64,000 nucleotides of DNA from Ruminococcus sp. Lineage in GTDB: Bacteria > Bacillota > Clostridia > Oscillospirales > Ruminococcaceae. Below are positions 35,802 through 44,534 of this stretch, one piece after another. The stretch lies in contig NZ_JAILMR010000007.1 of the NCBI RefSeq assembly GCF_024692365.1, positions 121 through 64,120 on the forward strand. The letters are read 5' to 3'. Position 1 is the first letter of the stretch; each line of letters begins with the position of its first letter. The notes under the pieces were generated by a model. It was not told the origin of the DNA. It did no database searches and saw nothing but the letters and a program-made list of their open reading frames with translations. Made by a program: the position numbers and the translations under genes.

Positions 35802-38572
35802 GACCGCTTAAACTTACAGTTCAGGCTTTCGGTCCCTATGCGGAAAAGACCGAGATAGATATGGAACAGCTGGGCGGACAGGGTCTTTACCTTATCACGG
35901 GTGATACAGGCGCAGGCAAGACCACTATATTCGACGGCGTTTGCTACGCACTTTTCGGCAAAGCGAGCGGCGACAGCAGAACTGTCAATATGTTCAGGAG
36001 CGAGTACGCCGAACCCGGTGTTATAACCTACGCCGAACTGCTTTTCGATTACGGCGGAACAAAATATCTCGTCCACCGCGAACCTCGTCAGAAGATACCG
36101 AAAAAGCGCGGCGAGGGCGAGACCGACCTCAACACTACAAACGAGATATACCTGTACGGTCAGGAAAAGCCCATAGCTTCGGGCGAAAACGAGGTCAACG
36201 AAAAAATAAAAGCGATACTCGGTCTTGACCACGGACAGTACCGAAATGTGGCGATGATAGCTCAGGGCAGTTTCGCAGAACTGCTGAACACCAAGACCGA
36301 AAGCCGCACGAAGATACTCAGCGCAATATTCTCCACAGGAAAATACAGAGTTCTTCAGGACAGGCTGAAAGAAGAAGCCAACGCCGTGTACCGCAAATAC
36401 AAGGATTCCGAACTCAGGATAGGCTCGCTTCTCGGGAATATCAGGCTCGGTGCCGAAGACCCCTGCCGCGGCGAGATAGCTCTGGCGGCACAAAACCCCG
36501 AATCTGCCGCCGATACTGATATAGAAGAAGTCTGCCAAAAAGCGCTTGACTATGAAAAATCCGAAGCTAAAAAAGCCTCGGACGAATACAAAGCGGCAGA
36601 TAAACAGCACAAGGATTCCACCCTTGCCCTCGACAGCGGCAAAAAGCTTTCGGGACTTTTCGATAAACTTGAACAGTCTGAAAAAGAGATGCAGGGACTT
36701 CTGCCCGAACTGGAAAAAGCAGGCAGTGAAGCTAAAGCTATGCGCGAAAAACTCCCCGAGCTGAATGAGCTGATAGGTCAGATAGCCACCGAAGAAAAGC
36801 AGCTGCGTTTTTACGATGACGCCGAAGCCAAGCTTAAAGAAGCGGATAACCTCACCAAATCGGCTTCTGTCGGACAAAAAAAGCTTGAAGCTTTGAACGC
36901 TCAGCTTTCGGCAGACACCAAAAGGCGTGAAGAGCTGAAAAAGCTCATCACCGATTTGGGCGATATCGGCGTAAAGCTGGCAGAAACCTCAGGCGAAGCC
37001 GAAAAGCGAAACGACGAACTGAAACGCACAAAGGAGATAGGCGCGGAACTTTCTGCGGCGAACAAACTGAAAGAAAAGGAAATCTCTGCCAGAGAAATAT
37101 TTGAAGCCGCAAAGACCGAGCAGGAGCGTCTTGATAAGCGCTATTCCGAACTGTTCACCCTGTATCTGGCAGAACAGGCAGGACTTCTGGCGGAAGAACT
37201 GGAAGAGGGCAAACCATGCCCTGTCTGCGGCTCTGTCCATCACCCCCAAAAGGCAGTGCGTTCCGAAAAAGCCCCCGACAAGCAGACTGTTGACAAAGCA
37301 TCTGCCGAACTGGATAACGCCCGCAATATCGCCCTTAAAGCAGCCTCAGATCACGCGGCGGCGAGATCGGCACACGAAAAAGCCGTTGAAGCTGCAATGG
37401 CTCACGCAGGAAAATACGCTGAAAACTGTACCCCCGATGAAGCCCTTGAAAACGCCCGCAGCGACTACAAGCACATCAGTGATGCGCTGAAAAAACTTAT
37501 CGCGAAACAGAACGAGCTCGCAAAACAGGCTAAGCAGAAAACCGATGCCGAGCAGGAATCTGCCATGCTTGAAAAGCGCACAGCCGATAACAGCAGCGCA
37601 ATCGCAGAATTGCAGAGCAGCCTGCGTGAACTCACCGCCAAGGCAGAGGAAAAAAGGCTCACTGCCAAAAAGCAGCTTGATGATCTGCCCTGCGCCGACA
37701 AAGCCGAAGCGATGAAGCATATCACTACACTGAAAGCAAATCACGATGCGCTAAAAAAGGCTATATCCGATGCCGAGAACAAACTGGCTCTGCTTGAAAA
37801 ACAGCGCACAGAACTTTCGGGACGACTTAACGAACTTAAAGAACAGACCAAGCGCAAAAAGCGCCCCGACTGCGAAGCCCTTGAACTCAGCGTGAAAGAA
37901 TCCGCAAAACTTGCAAAAGCGGCACTCGATAAGCGCGACGAGACTGTAAAGTGTCTGGCTTCCGCTGAGGATACCCTCAAAAATATCAAGTCGGAACTCG
38001 CAAACAACCGCGAACTCAGCAGAGAGTACAGCATCAAAAATGCCCTGAACAGCACCGTTAACGGCAATCTCACAGGCAAACAGCGCGTGACTCTCGAGGT
38101 CTTCGCCCAGCTTGAATATTTCGACAGGATACTCGCCCATGCAAATGTCAGACTTTTGCAGATGACCAACGGACAGTACGAACTTATCCGAAGCGATACC
38201 AGCCGCGGCAACACCAAGATAGGTCTGGATATCGACGTAAACGACCATTTTACGGGCAGTACCCGAAGCATACGCTCCCTTTCGGGCGGCGAGAGCTTTA
38301 TGGCTTCTCTTGCGCTGGCACTGGGCTTTTCCGACGAGATACAGCAGTCCTCGGGCGGCGTGCGTATAGATTCAATGTTCGTCGATGAAGGCTTCGGCAC
38401 CCTTGATGACGAGACCCTCGATCAGGCGATAAAAGCGCTGAACGGTCTGGCTGAAAATTCAAGGCTCGTGGGCATAATCTCCCATGTTCCCGAACTCAAA
38501 GAAAAGATCGACAGGCAGATAGTCGTCACCAAGGACAAGTCCCTCGGCAGTGCCGTGAAGATCATCACCTGA
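35798..38572 (+). CDS. sbcC: Exonuclease SbcCD, ATPase subunit C (Rad50-like)
   Basis: ATG 35798 overlaps the sbcD stop (ATGA). It has Walker A GDTGAGKTT, a long coiled coil with the CPVCGS zinc hook, a C-terminal LSGGE signature and FVDEGFG. Confidence 0.9.
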   Translation: MRPLKLTVQAFGPYAEKTEIDMEQLGGQGLYLITGDTGAGKTTIFDGVCYALFGKASGDSRTVNMFRSEYAEPGVITYAELLFDYGGTKYLVHREPRQKIPKKRGEGETDLNTTNEIYLYGQEKPIASGENEVNEKIKAILGLDHGQYRNVAMIAQGSFAELLNTKTESRTKILSAIFSTGKYRVLQDRLKEEANAVYRKYKDSELRIGSLLGNIRLGAEDPCRGEIALAAQNPESAADTDIEEVCQKALDYEKSEAKKASDEYKAADKQHKDSTLALDSGKKLSGLFDKLEQSEKEMQGLLPELEKAGSEAKAMREKLPELNELIGQIATEEKQLRFYDDAEAKLKEADNLTKSASVGQKKLEALNAQLSADTKRREELKKLITDLGDIGVKLAETSGEAEKRNDELKRTKEIGAELSAANKLKEKEISAREIFEAAKTEQERLDKRYSELFTLYLAEQAGLLAEELEEGKPCPVCGSVHHPQKAVRSEKAPDKQTVDKASAELDNARNIALKAASDHAAARSAHEKAVEAAMAHAGKYAENCTPDEALENARSDYKHISDALKKLIAKQNELAKQAKQKTDAEQESAMLEKRTADNSSAIAELQSSLRELTAKAEEKRLTAKKQLDDLPCADKAEAMKHITTLKANHDALKKAISDAENKLALLEKQRTELSGRLNELKEQTKRKKRPDCEALELSVKESAKLAKAALDKRDETVKCLASAEDTLKNIKSELANNRELSREYSIKNALNSTVNGNLTGKQRVTLEVFAQLEYFDRILAHANVRLLQMTNGQYELIRSDTSRGNTKIGLDIDVNDHFTGSTRSIRSLSGGESFMASLALALGFSDEIQQSSGGVRIDSMFVDEGFGTLDDETLDQAIKALNGLAENSRLVGIISHVPELKEKIDRQIVVTKDKSLGSAVKIIT

Positions 38573-39083
38573 TAAACAGCCTGACCATCAAAGGCGACAA
38601 TATGAACCCTGTTAAATCCGCTGCGGCAGCTGCAATAAAAACGCGGCTGCCCAGCTTTTTTCTCATGGCGGCAGAGTATACTGCGATTGTGTAGAATGTT
38701 GTTTCGGTGGAAGACATCAGCACAGCCGCCGTCTTGCCAGCGAAGCTGTCGGGAGATATCCGCGAGTATAGTTCGTCCAGCGATGCGATCGCCCCGCTCC
38801 CCGATACAGGGCGTATCAGCGCCAGTTCGATACATTCGGGCGGAAACCCCAACCTTTCTGCCAAAGGGGATATCCACTCCGCAAGATGAGCCGATGCCCC
38901 CGAAGCCCCGAACATTCCCACGGCTGTCATGACCAGAACCAGTATCGGTATCAACTCGGCGGCGGTCTTCAATCCCTCTGATGCTCCCGTGGTGAACTCC
39001 CCTGCAACGTCCGTGCGCCTGAACAGACCGAATAACAATATGAACGTGATGATGAGCGGGACGATCATGTTTGCAGCGGTCAT
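38565..39083 (-). CDS. spmB: Spore maturation protein B (nucleoside-recognition domain membrane protein)
   Basis: 172 aa membrane protein immediately downstream of the spmA-like gene. It overlaps the convergent 3' end of sbcC by 8 nt. Confidence 0.75.
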   Translation of the reverse strand: MTAANMIVPLIITFILLFGLFRRTDVAGEFTTGASEGLKTAAELIPILVLVMTAVGMFGASGASAHLAEWISPLAERLGFPPECIELALIRPVSGSGAIASLDELYSRISPDSFAGKTAAVLMSSTETTFYTIAVYSAAMRKKLGSRVFIAAAAADLTGFILSPLMVRLFIR

Positions 39084-39644
39084 TTATTTCTCCTCCGAAA
39101 ACAGTATAGATGCAGTTATCACCCCCACCGCCGCCGAACAAAGCGAGGTCACAAGCACCGCAGGAAGGATCTCCAGCGGTGCCGCCGAACCATGCGCCGA
39201 CCGCATTGCCGCCACCGTGACGGGTATAAGCTGGATAGAAGCCGTGTTGATAACTGTGATAAGGGCGGTGTTCCGTCGGGGGTGCGAACTTTTTTCAAGT
39301 CGTCGGACAGCTTCGATGCCCGTAGGCGTGGCGGCATTTCCCAGTCCCAGCAGATTTGCCGTGAGATTCAAGCTGACAGCTTTCTCCGATGATGCATCAA
39401 GCCTGCCGAAAATAAGCCTTATCAGCGGAGACATAGCCCGCGATACAATGCGTGTCAGCCCCGACCTTTCGGCTACCCGCATAAGTCCGCACCACAGCGC
39501 CATCGAACCCGCAAGGTATATCCCAAGTTCCACAGCTTTAACGCACTGCCCCAGTGCCGCATCGGATATCTCTTCCCATCCGCCCCCTAAAAATCCTGCG
39601 ACTGCGGATAGAACAAGCATCACCGCCAGTATAATACCCAACAT
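39084..39644 (-). CDS. spmA: Spore maturation protein A
   Basis: 186 aa membrane protein with Gate/nucleoside-recognition domain character, adjacent to spmB. Confidence 0.75.
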   Translation of the reverse strand: MLGIILAVMLVLSAVAGFLGGGWEEISDAALGQCVKAVELGIYLAGSMALWCGLMRVAERSGLTRIVSRAMSPLIRLIFGRLDASSEKAVSLNLTANLLGLGNAATPTGIEAVRRLEKSSHPRRNTALITVINTASIQLIPVTVAAMRSAHGSAAPLEILPAVLVTSLCSAAVGVITASILFSEEK

Positions 39645-39842
39645 TTTCGCCCTCCTTTTAGATAAATGTTTTATTTTTATTCATTGATTATTTACTTTTA
39701 CCAATTCGGAAAAATTGACAAATTTTACAAGGAAAATAATACCGTTCAGCACCGCAAATATTCAGTTTAGTAATATTTTGATGTGCAAAATGCCGAAATT
39801 ATTTTCAACGTGACAAGTAATTGACATAACGTTCAAATTTAC

Positions 39843-39871
39843 TTGACAAGCTTTACATAAATTGGTATAAT
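39843..39871 (+). promoter_or_regulatory. Consensus promoter of the AbrB-like gene (TTGACA-17-TGgTATAAT)
   Basis: TTGACA at 39843-39848 and TATAAT at 39866-39871. A 7-bp inverted repeat TTAGTCA-N8-TGACTAA sits in the 5' UTR (39885-39906). Confidence 0.65.
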
Positions 39872-39935
39872 ATATTTATAATATTAGTCAGTCTAAGATG
39901 ACTAAAATACATCAGGGGAAAGGAATTGAGGAATA

Positions 39936-40181
39936 ATGAAATCCATAGGTATCGTAAGAAAGGTCGATGACCTCGGAAGGATCGTTCTTCCCATCGAACT
40001 CAGAAGGACTTTTGACCTCGCCGTTAAGGATTCTATCGAGATCTATACCGAGGACGACAAGATCATTCTTAAAAAGTATCAGAGAAAGTGCATTTTCTGC
40101 GGCGCTACCGAGAACCTTGTTGACTACAAGGACAAGTCCATATGCACAAACTGTGTTTCCGAGATCAAAGGCGCTAAGTAA
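39936..40181 (+). CDS. AbrB/SpoVT-family transition-state regulator with a C-terminal four-Cys segment
   Basis: 81 aa. MKSIGIVRKVDDLGRIVLPIELRRTF is the swapped-hairpin AbrB N-domain. The C-terminal half carries CIFCG...CTNC. Confidence 0.85.
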   Translation: MKSIGIVRKVDDLGRIVLPIELRRTFDLAVKDSIEIYTEDDKIILKKYQRKCIFCGATENLVDYKDKSICTNCVSEIKGAK

Positions 40182-40246
40182 TATCAGGAACGACCGCTGA
40201 TTAATACTATGCGATCATGTACGGCATAAGAACCTGCATAAAAGAT

Positions 40247-40281
40247 CAGACCCATCGGCTTGATGCCGACGGGTCTTTTTT
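40247..40281. terminator. Bidirectional terminator between the abrB-like gene and nagA
   Basis: AGACCCATCGGC-loop-GCCGACGGGTCT followed by TTTTTT. Confidence 0.75.
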
Positions 40282-41413
40282 ATCGCGTATATACGGCTTT
40301 TAACGACATATCTTCCCTGTCAAGCAGCAAGATATGTGCCGCCTTGCCAACGGATATGCTGCCGTAATTTTTATCTTCGCCGATCGAACGGCATGGATTG
40401 ATAGTCGCGGCTTTAAGGGCGCTTTCAAGGGGTATCCCCATTTTCACCGCAGTTCGCAGGCAATCCGAAAGAGGTGTCACGCTTCCCGCCAGAGTTCCAT
40501 CCGAAAGCACAGCGCGGTTTCCCTTTACAGTTACCCGCTGTCCCCCCAGCTGATATTCGCCATCGGGCATCCCCGTCGCTTCCATGCTGTCGCTGATGAG
40601 TATTATCCGTTCATCTCCGAACAGCCTGAAAGCCGCTCTTACCGCCGTTTCGGATACGTGTACGCCATCGCAGATGATCTCCGCGAAAACTCCCGCCCTA
40701 TCGAACGCCGCACCTATCAACGAAGGTGCGCGGTGGTTGAAAGGCGGCATCGCATTGTACATATGGGTGATGTGATCCGCACCTGCCCCAAAGGCTTCAA
40801 CTGCTGTATCGTAGTCACATGAAGTGTGTCCCAGTGAGAACCGCATACCGCCCGCAAGCTGTCCTATGCATTCCAATGCCCCCTCGGACTCGGGTGCTAT
40901 CGTCACCAGCTTGATAAGACCCTCAGCAGCCGACTGCCATGCCCGCAGTTTTTCTGCCGAGGGGGGCTGAATCAGTTCCTTATTCTGTGCGCCGCATTTT
41001 TCGGGAGAAATGAAAGGTCCCTCAAGGTGAACACCTATCAGCTGTGCCCTGCCCTCTCCTGTTTCTCTTTTTCGGTATGCCGCCGCTGTACCTAGTATCC
41101 CGACTATGTCCTCATCGGGCAAAGTCATTGTCGCGGGACATATGGTCGTCACGCCCTGTGAATATTCATACTCCGCTATACAGCCGATGGCTTCCGGTGT
41201 TGCTTCGCAGAAATCATGCCCCGCACAGCCGTGAAAATGAATGTCCGTCAGTCCCGGAACAACATAACACCCCGAAGCGTCAACCACCTCACCGCCGTAT
41301 TTTATCATAGCATCAGCAGGAAGTATCCCCGTGATGACTCCCTCTTCCGTCAGTACCGAAAGCGGCTCAAATCGACATTCTTCGGTAAATACCAGACCAT
41401 TCTTTATCAGCAT
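40280..41413 (-). CDS. nagA: N-acetylglucosamine-6-phosphate deacetylase
   Basis: 377 aa with an amidohydrolase fold: PGLTDIHFHG metal-binding motif, HLEGPF and HMYNAM. Confidence 0.88.
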   Translation of the reverse strand: MLIKNGLVFTEECRFEPLSVLTEEGVITGILPADAMIKYGGEVVDASGCYVVPGLTDIHFHGCAGHDFCEATPEAIGCIAEYEYSQGVTTICPATMTLPDEDIVGILGTAAAYRKRETGEGRAQLIGVHLEGPFISPEKCGAQNKELIQPPSAEKLRAWQSAAEGLIKLVTIAPESEGALECIGQLAGGMRFSLGHTSCDYDTAVEAFGAGADHITHMYNAMPPFNHRAPSLIGAAFDRAGVFAEIICDGVHVSETAVRAAFRLFGDERIILISDSMEATGMPDGEYQLGGQRVTVKGNRAVLSDGTLAGSVTPLSDCLRTAVKMGIPLESALKAATINPCRSIGEDKNYGSISVGKAAHILLLDREDMSLKAVYTR

Positions 41414-41424
41414 ATCACCACCGC

Positions 41425-42441
41425 CTACGGCATAACGATGAAGCCCGCCACTTCGCCCACACGAACATCATGCAGACCGCTTAAAATGGCTTCTGTATCT
41501 ATCTTATCCCCGAAAGCGTGGCTTACCGACAACTGCGGGAAATTCACGCCCACAGCATCAGCCTTGTAACAGCCCCCCGCCATTCTGGTGTTTATCTCCA
41601 TGAATACGTGTTCGCCGTTAAGGGGACGAAGCTGTATATTGTAGGGATATTCTATGATGACTTTTTCAGAGATACGCTTTGCGATATCAATGAACTCCTT
41701 ATCAAAACGCAGAGCGGTTATGTGGCTGTCGATCTTGCACCTTGGCACAGCGATAAGCCCGCTCTCCGTCCTCATGCAGTCTATGCTTATCTCGGGTTCG
41801 CTGAGATATGGCATTACCACCGTGGGATATATCTTACTGCGGTTTTTAAGGTCATTAAGATACGCCTGATAGCTTATATCCTCGGGCATCGACTTAGGCG
41901 CATCATCATCGTAAAGCCGCCTGTAAGTGATACCGCCCTCATCGCGGTCAGCCTTTACGCACACCTTATGTTCCTTGCCGTACTTTTCCTTTACCATTGC
42001 ATACGCCCGAACAAAACCGTCAACAGTGGTAATGCGCTCCATATATGGCGTAGCACAAAGGTCATTCGCCCGCATAAATTCGCATGACTTCATCTTGCTG
42101 TCAAGCATATCGTTCTGTTCGGTGTTGCCGTCAGCAGTAACGCGGGTGCCTATCGCCACGAATTCATCTATGTGACTTATGACCGCCGCTCTCCAGCGTT
42201 TCGGGAAAAATACATCAACCGAATGTTCCTTGCAGAACTCCAGCGCCCATTCAGCATACTGTTCGCCGTTAACGCCGTTGGGTTCAAGGTATCTTTCGTC
42301 CGCCGCAGCCCCGAACACAAAATCTGGCTTTTTGGCTGTCGCTATTATGTAGTTTCGCTCATCACGTTTCAGCAGTTCGATGAAATTATAAGCCTGGCTG
42401 AACCAGTGATTGAACCATATTACTCTCTTGCCGTTTTTCAT
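41425..42441 (-). CDS. ATP-grasp domain protein (unknown carboxylate-amine ligase)
   Basis: 338 aa. The C-terminal FMEINTRMAGG block is typical of ATP-grasp Mg/ATP binding. It lies 11 nt upstream of nagA. Confidence 0.65.
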   Translation of the reverse strand: MKNGKRVIWFNHWFSQAYNFIELLKRDERNYIIATAKKPDFVFGAAADERYLEPNGVNGEQYAEWALEFCKEHSVDVFFPKRWRAAVISHIDEFVAIGTRVTADGNTEQNDMLDSKMKSCEFMRANDLCATPYMERITTVDGFVRAYAMVKEKYGKEHKVCVKADRDEGGITYRRLYDDDAPKSMPEDISYQAYLNDLKNRSKIYPTVVMPYLSEPEISIDCMRTESGLIAVPRCKIDSHITALRFDKEFIDIAKRISEKVIIEYPYNIQLRPLNGEHVFMEINTRMAGGCYKADAVGVNFPQLSVSHAFGDKIDTEAILSGLHDVRVGEVAGFIVMP

Positions 42442-42560
42442 ACTATATCTCCTTAGATGATCGTTTGCTGGTTTTTGATCTCGTTATCCATATTCTGGAA
42501 GAACACACCAAGCTAAATATCGTTTGACCGCTATTTTAACAGTACACTAAAGTACCAGCC

Positions 42561-44195
42561 TTATACTCCGATCTCAACGCTATCACAGAACACAGGTTTG
42601 CCATCACTATCTCTGGCAGTTACAGTGAAACCTGTCACCCTGTCGTCCTTGTATTTTGGCTCGCATTTATAGTCAAGTACCATGCCCTGTTTTGTCAGAC
42701 AGATTATCCTGCTGTCGCATTTTTCCTTGATATCCGCGCATACGGTCGGCATGAATACAGTATTGTCCTCACTCTGTGTACCGCCGAATTCAAAGGGTAT
42801 CAGTGCAACACTTCTGCCATCGGAGGGGTCTGCATTCCTTAATGTCAGCACTTTTTCCATTCTCTCGGAATACGGAGGTATATCCGAAACGCTCGCCAAC
42901 GGAACATACACGGTATCGCCCTGCACAGTCATCGAGAAATCTTCCCTGTCGTCATAATCATACACGCCGCGCAAAGTGTAGGCTGGCTCGCCTTTTTCGC
43001 TGTGATACACCTTCATGTAATACATAAAATAAAAATCAAAAAGCTCCTCATCAGTATCATCGAAAGAACCATAGCAATACTCAGCGTGCCTTAAAACGCT
43101 CTGTCTTACCTTTTCATATTTATCAGCAGAAGGCTCTTTGAAATCCGCCAGACAGCGTTCAAGATCAAGCTGATCCGCACCATTAGTAATATCAACATCG
43201 ACTTCCCAGCCGTACCTTAAACTGGTTTCCACACCGTGTTCCAGTTCCTTATTGGGAACGTAATTATTGTACTCCCTGAAACGCATGTCGAGAACCTCTT
43301 CAAGCTTTGTACGCAAAATCGGAGAATAGGAATTTACATAGTAGTAGCGGCAGTCACCCACAACATCAAAATAATCAAACTGATAGCTTGCACATTGTGA
43401 ATCATACCCAAAGCCAAAACCGTTTCTGCGCATACTGCCCCAGTAATATGTGTTGGTGAAATTATACAATTCCTCACTTATCATATCTTTGCTGAAACAG
43501 TAGTCGGTACACTCAAGCAGACAAACAGGGCTTTCCTTTCCGCTCCTCACCGCTTCGATAACTTCCGCGGGGATAAGGCTGAAAAACTCCTTGCTGACAA
43601 AATCTCTGTCAAGCAGCCACATCAGGTAATACGCCATTGGCATTGAAGCGTATTCGTATATAATATCGTCGTCAGCGTAGGCAACCTCAGGTGAGATATT
43701 GCAGTGGTGATATTCGTCTGATGCGGCATCGAAGTGCCATTCGGCTTTTTCAACATCAAAATTTTCAATAGTAATTTTTGAAGTGAAAGATTCCGCAGGC
43801 GAAAGCTTGTCGGCTTTTCTACCTATCAATATGGCAGATATTCCCAGAACGATACACACCAGCTGAAGCAGCAGCATTTCTTCAAGCGTGACATCGTCCT
43901 CTGTCATCTGAAACATTACTGACAGACCTGTACCCGCGGCAAACAGCCGCATAAAGATATTGCTTGTAAGAACCATTTTTTTGCCGGACGCTTCCCTGAC
44001 CAGACCGCCGATACTTATCAGGCAAAGCAGAGCGAACATGACCGCCCAGGGAACAACAGCTATAAGCGGTTCAAAGGGGGTTTCACCTTTGGCAGGCGAA
44101 ACATTAGCACCTATCCCGGCGACACACATTACAAATTCAAATATACCGAGAATTGAAAACAGAACGTTCTTTATAAAGCTGCCTGCCTTACTCAA
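42561..44195 (-). CDS. Hypothetical membrane-anchored protein (about 4 N-terminal TM helices and a large soluble region)
   Basis: Open frame to 44225. I prefer the TTG at 44195, which sits 8 nt behind AAGGAGG, because the putative -10 at 44240-44235 would leave the 44225 codon almost leaderless. I recognise no family. Confidence 0.6.
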   Translation of the reverse strand: MSKAGSFIKNVLFSILGIFEFVMCVAGIGANVSPAKGETPFEPLIAVVPWAVMFALLCLISIGGLVREASGKKMVLTSNIFMRLFAAGTGLSVMFQMTEDDVTLEEMLLLQLVCIVLGISAILIGRKADKLSPAESFTSKITIENFDVEKAEWHFDAASDEYHHCNISPEVAYADDDIIYEYASMPMAYYLMWLLDRDFVSKEFFSLIPAEVIEAVRSGKESPVCLLECTDYCFSKDMISEELYNFTNTYYWGSMRRNGFGFGYDSQCASYQFDYFDVVGDCRYYYVNSYSPILRTKLEEVLDMRFREYNNYVPNKELEHGVETSLRYGWEVDVDITNGADQLDLERCLADFKEPSADKYEKVRQSVLRHAEYCYGSFDDTDEELFDFYFMYYMKVYHSEKGEPAYTLRGVYDYDDREDFSMTVQGDTVYVPLASVSDIPPYSERMEKVLTLRNADPSDGRSVALIPFEFGGTQSEDNTVFMPTVCADIKEKCDSRIICLTKQGMVLDYKCEPKYKDDRVTGFTVTARDSDGKPVFCDSVEIGV

Positions 44196-44287
44196 TTTCG
44201 TTTCCTCCTTTTGAGCAATTTTCAAACATAGAAATTATAGCATATATTAAAGCAAAAGTAAAGCGATAGCATAGCTGGGATGTTGTA

Positions 44288-44346
44288 AGAATGCCAAGGC
44301 AACAAAGCGCGCGGTCAAGCCTCGCGCTTTATTTCCTTGGCATTCT
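44288..44346. repeat. 12-bp-stem hairpin unit AGAATGCCAAGG...CCTTGGCATTCT with a nested GCGCG hairpin
   Basis: Read directly. The inner part (GGTCAAGCCT) and outer arm (CCTTGGCATTCT) are shared with the 941-990 cluster. It lies just after the stop of the small ORF downstream of rtcB. Confidence 0.7.
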
Positions 44347-44358
44347 ATCCTCGTTTTG

Positions 44359-44526
44359 CTATACATCAAAGTTTGCCTTATGCTTCTGCTTTCTCGTATA
44401 TATCTTCCCGCTCGGCACTTTCTTCGTCACAGGTACTGTTCCGCCCCATGTCCCTCTTCGCATATTGTCTATCTTCCTACGCTCTTTCGCGCTCATCTTT
44501 TCATAAGGTATAAATTTCTCTTCCAT
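44359..44526 (-). CDS. Hypothetical small basic protein (55 aa), translationally coupled to rtcB
   Basis: Not in the ORF track because it is under 60 aa. ATG 44526 lies 8 nt after the rtcB stop, within TAGGAGAGCATATG. The product is MEEKFIPYEKMSAKERRKIDNMRRGTWGGTVPVTKKVPSGKIYTRKQKHKANFDV. Confidence 0.5.
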   Translation of the reverse strand: MEEKFIPYEKMSAKERRKIDNMRRGTWGGTVPVTKKVPSGKIYTRKQKHKANFDV

Positions 44527-44534
44527 ATGCTCTC

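Noticed and set aside
35669-36877. 402-aa minus-strand ORF (also 37741-38400, 37751-38248, 37346-37744 and 36989-37249) antisense to sbcC
   Set aside because: The sense frame encodes a well-supported SbcC, with Walker A, a zinc hook and the signature motif. The antisense products are Phe/Leu/Ser-rich low-complexity mirror images of the GAA/AAG-rich coiled-coil codons. They have no RBS or promoter.
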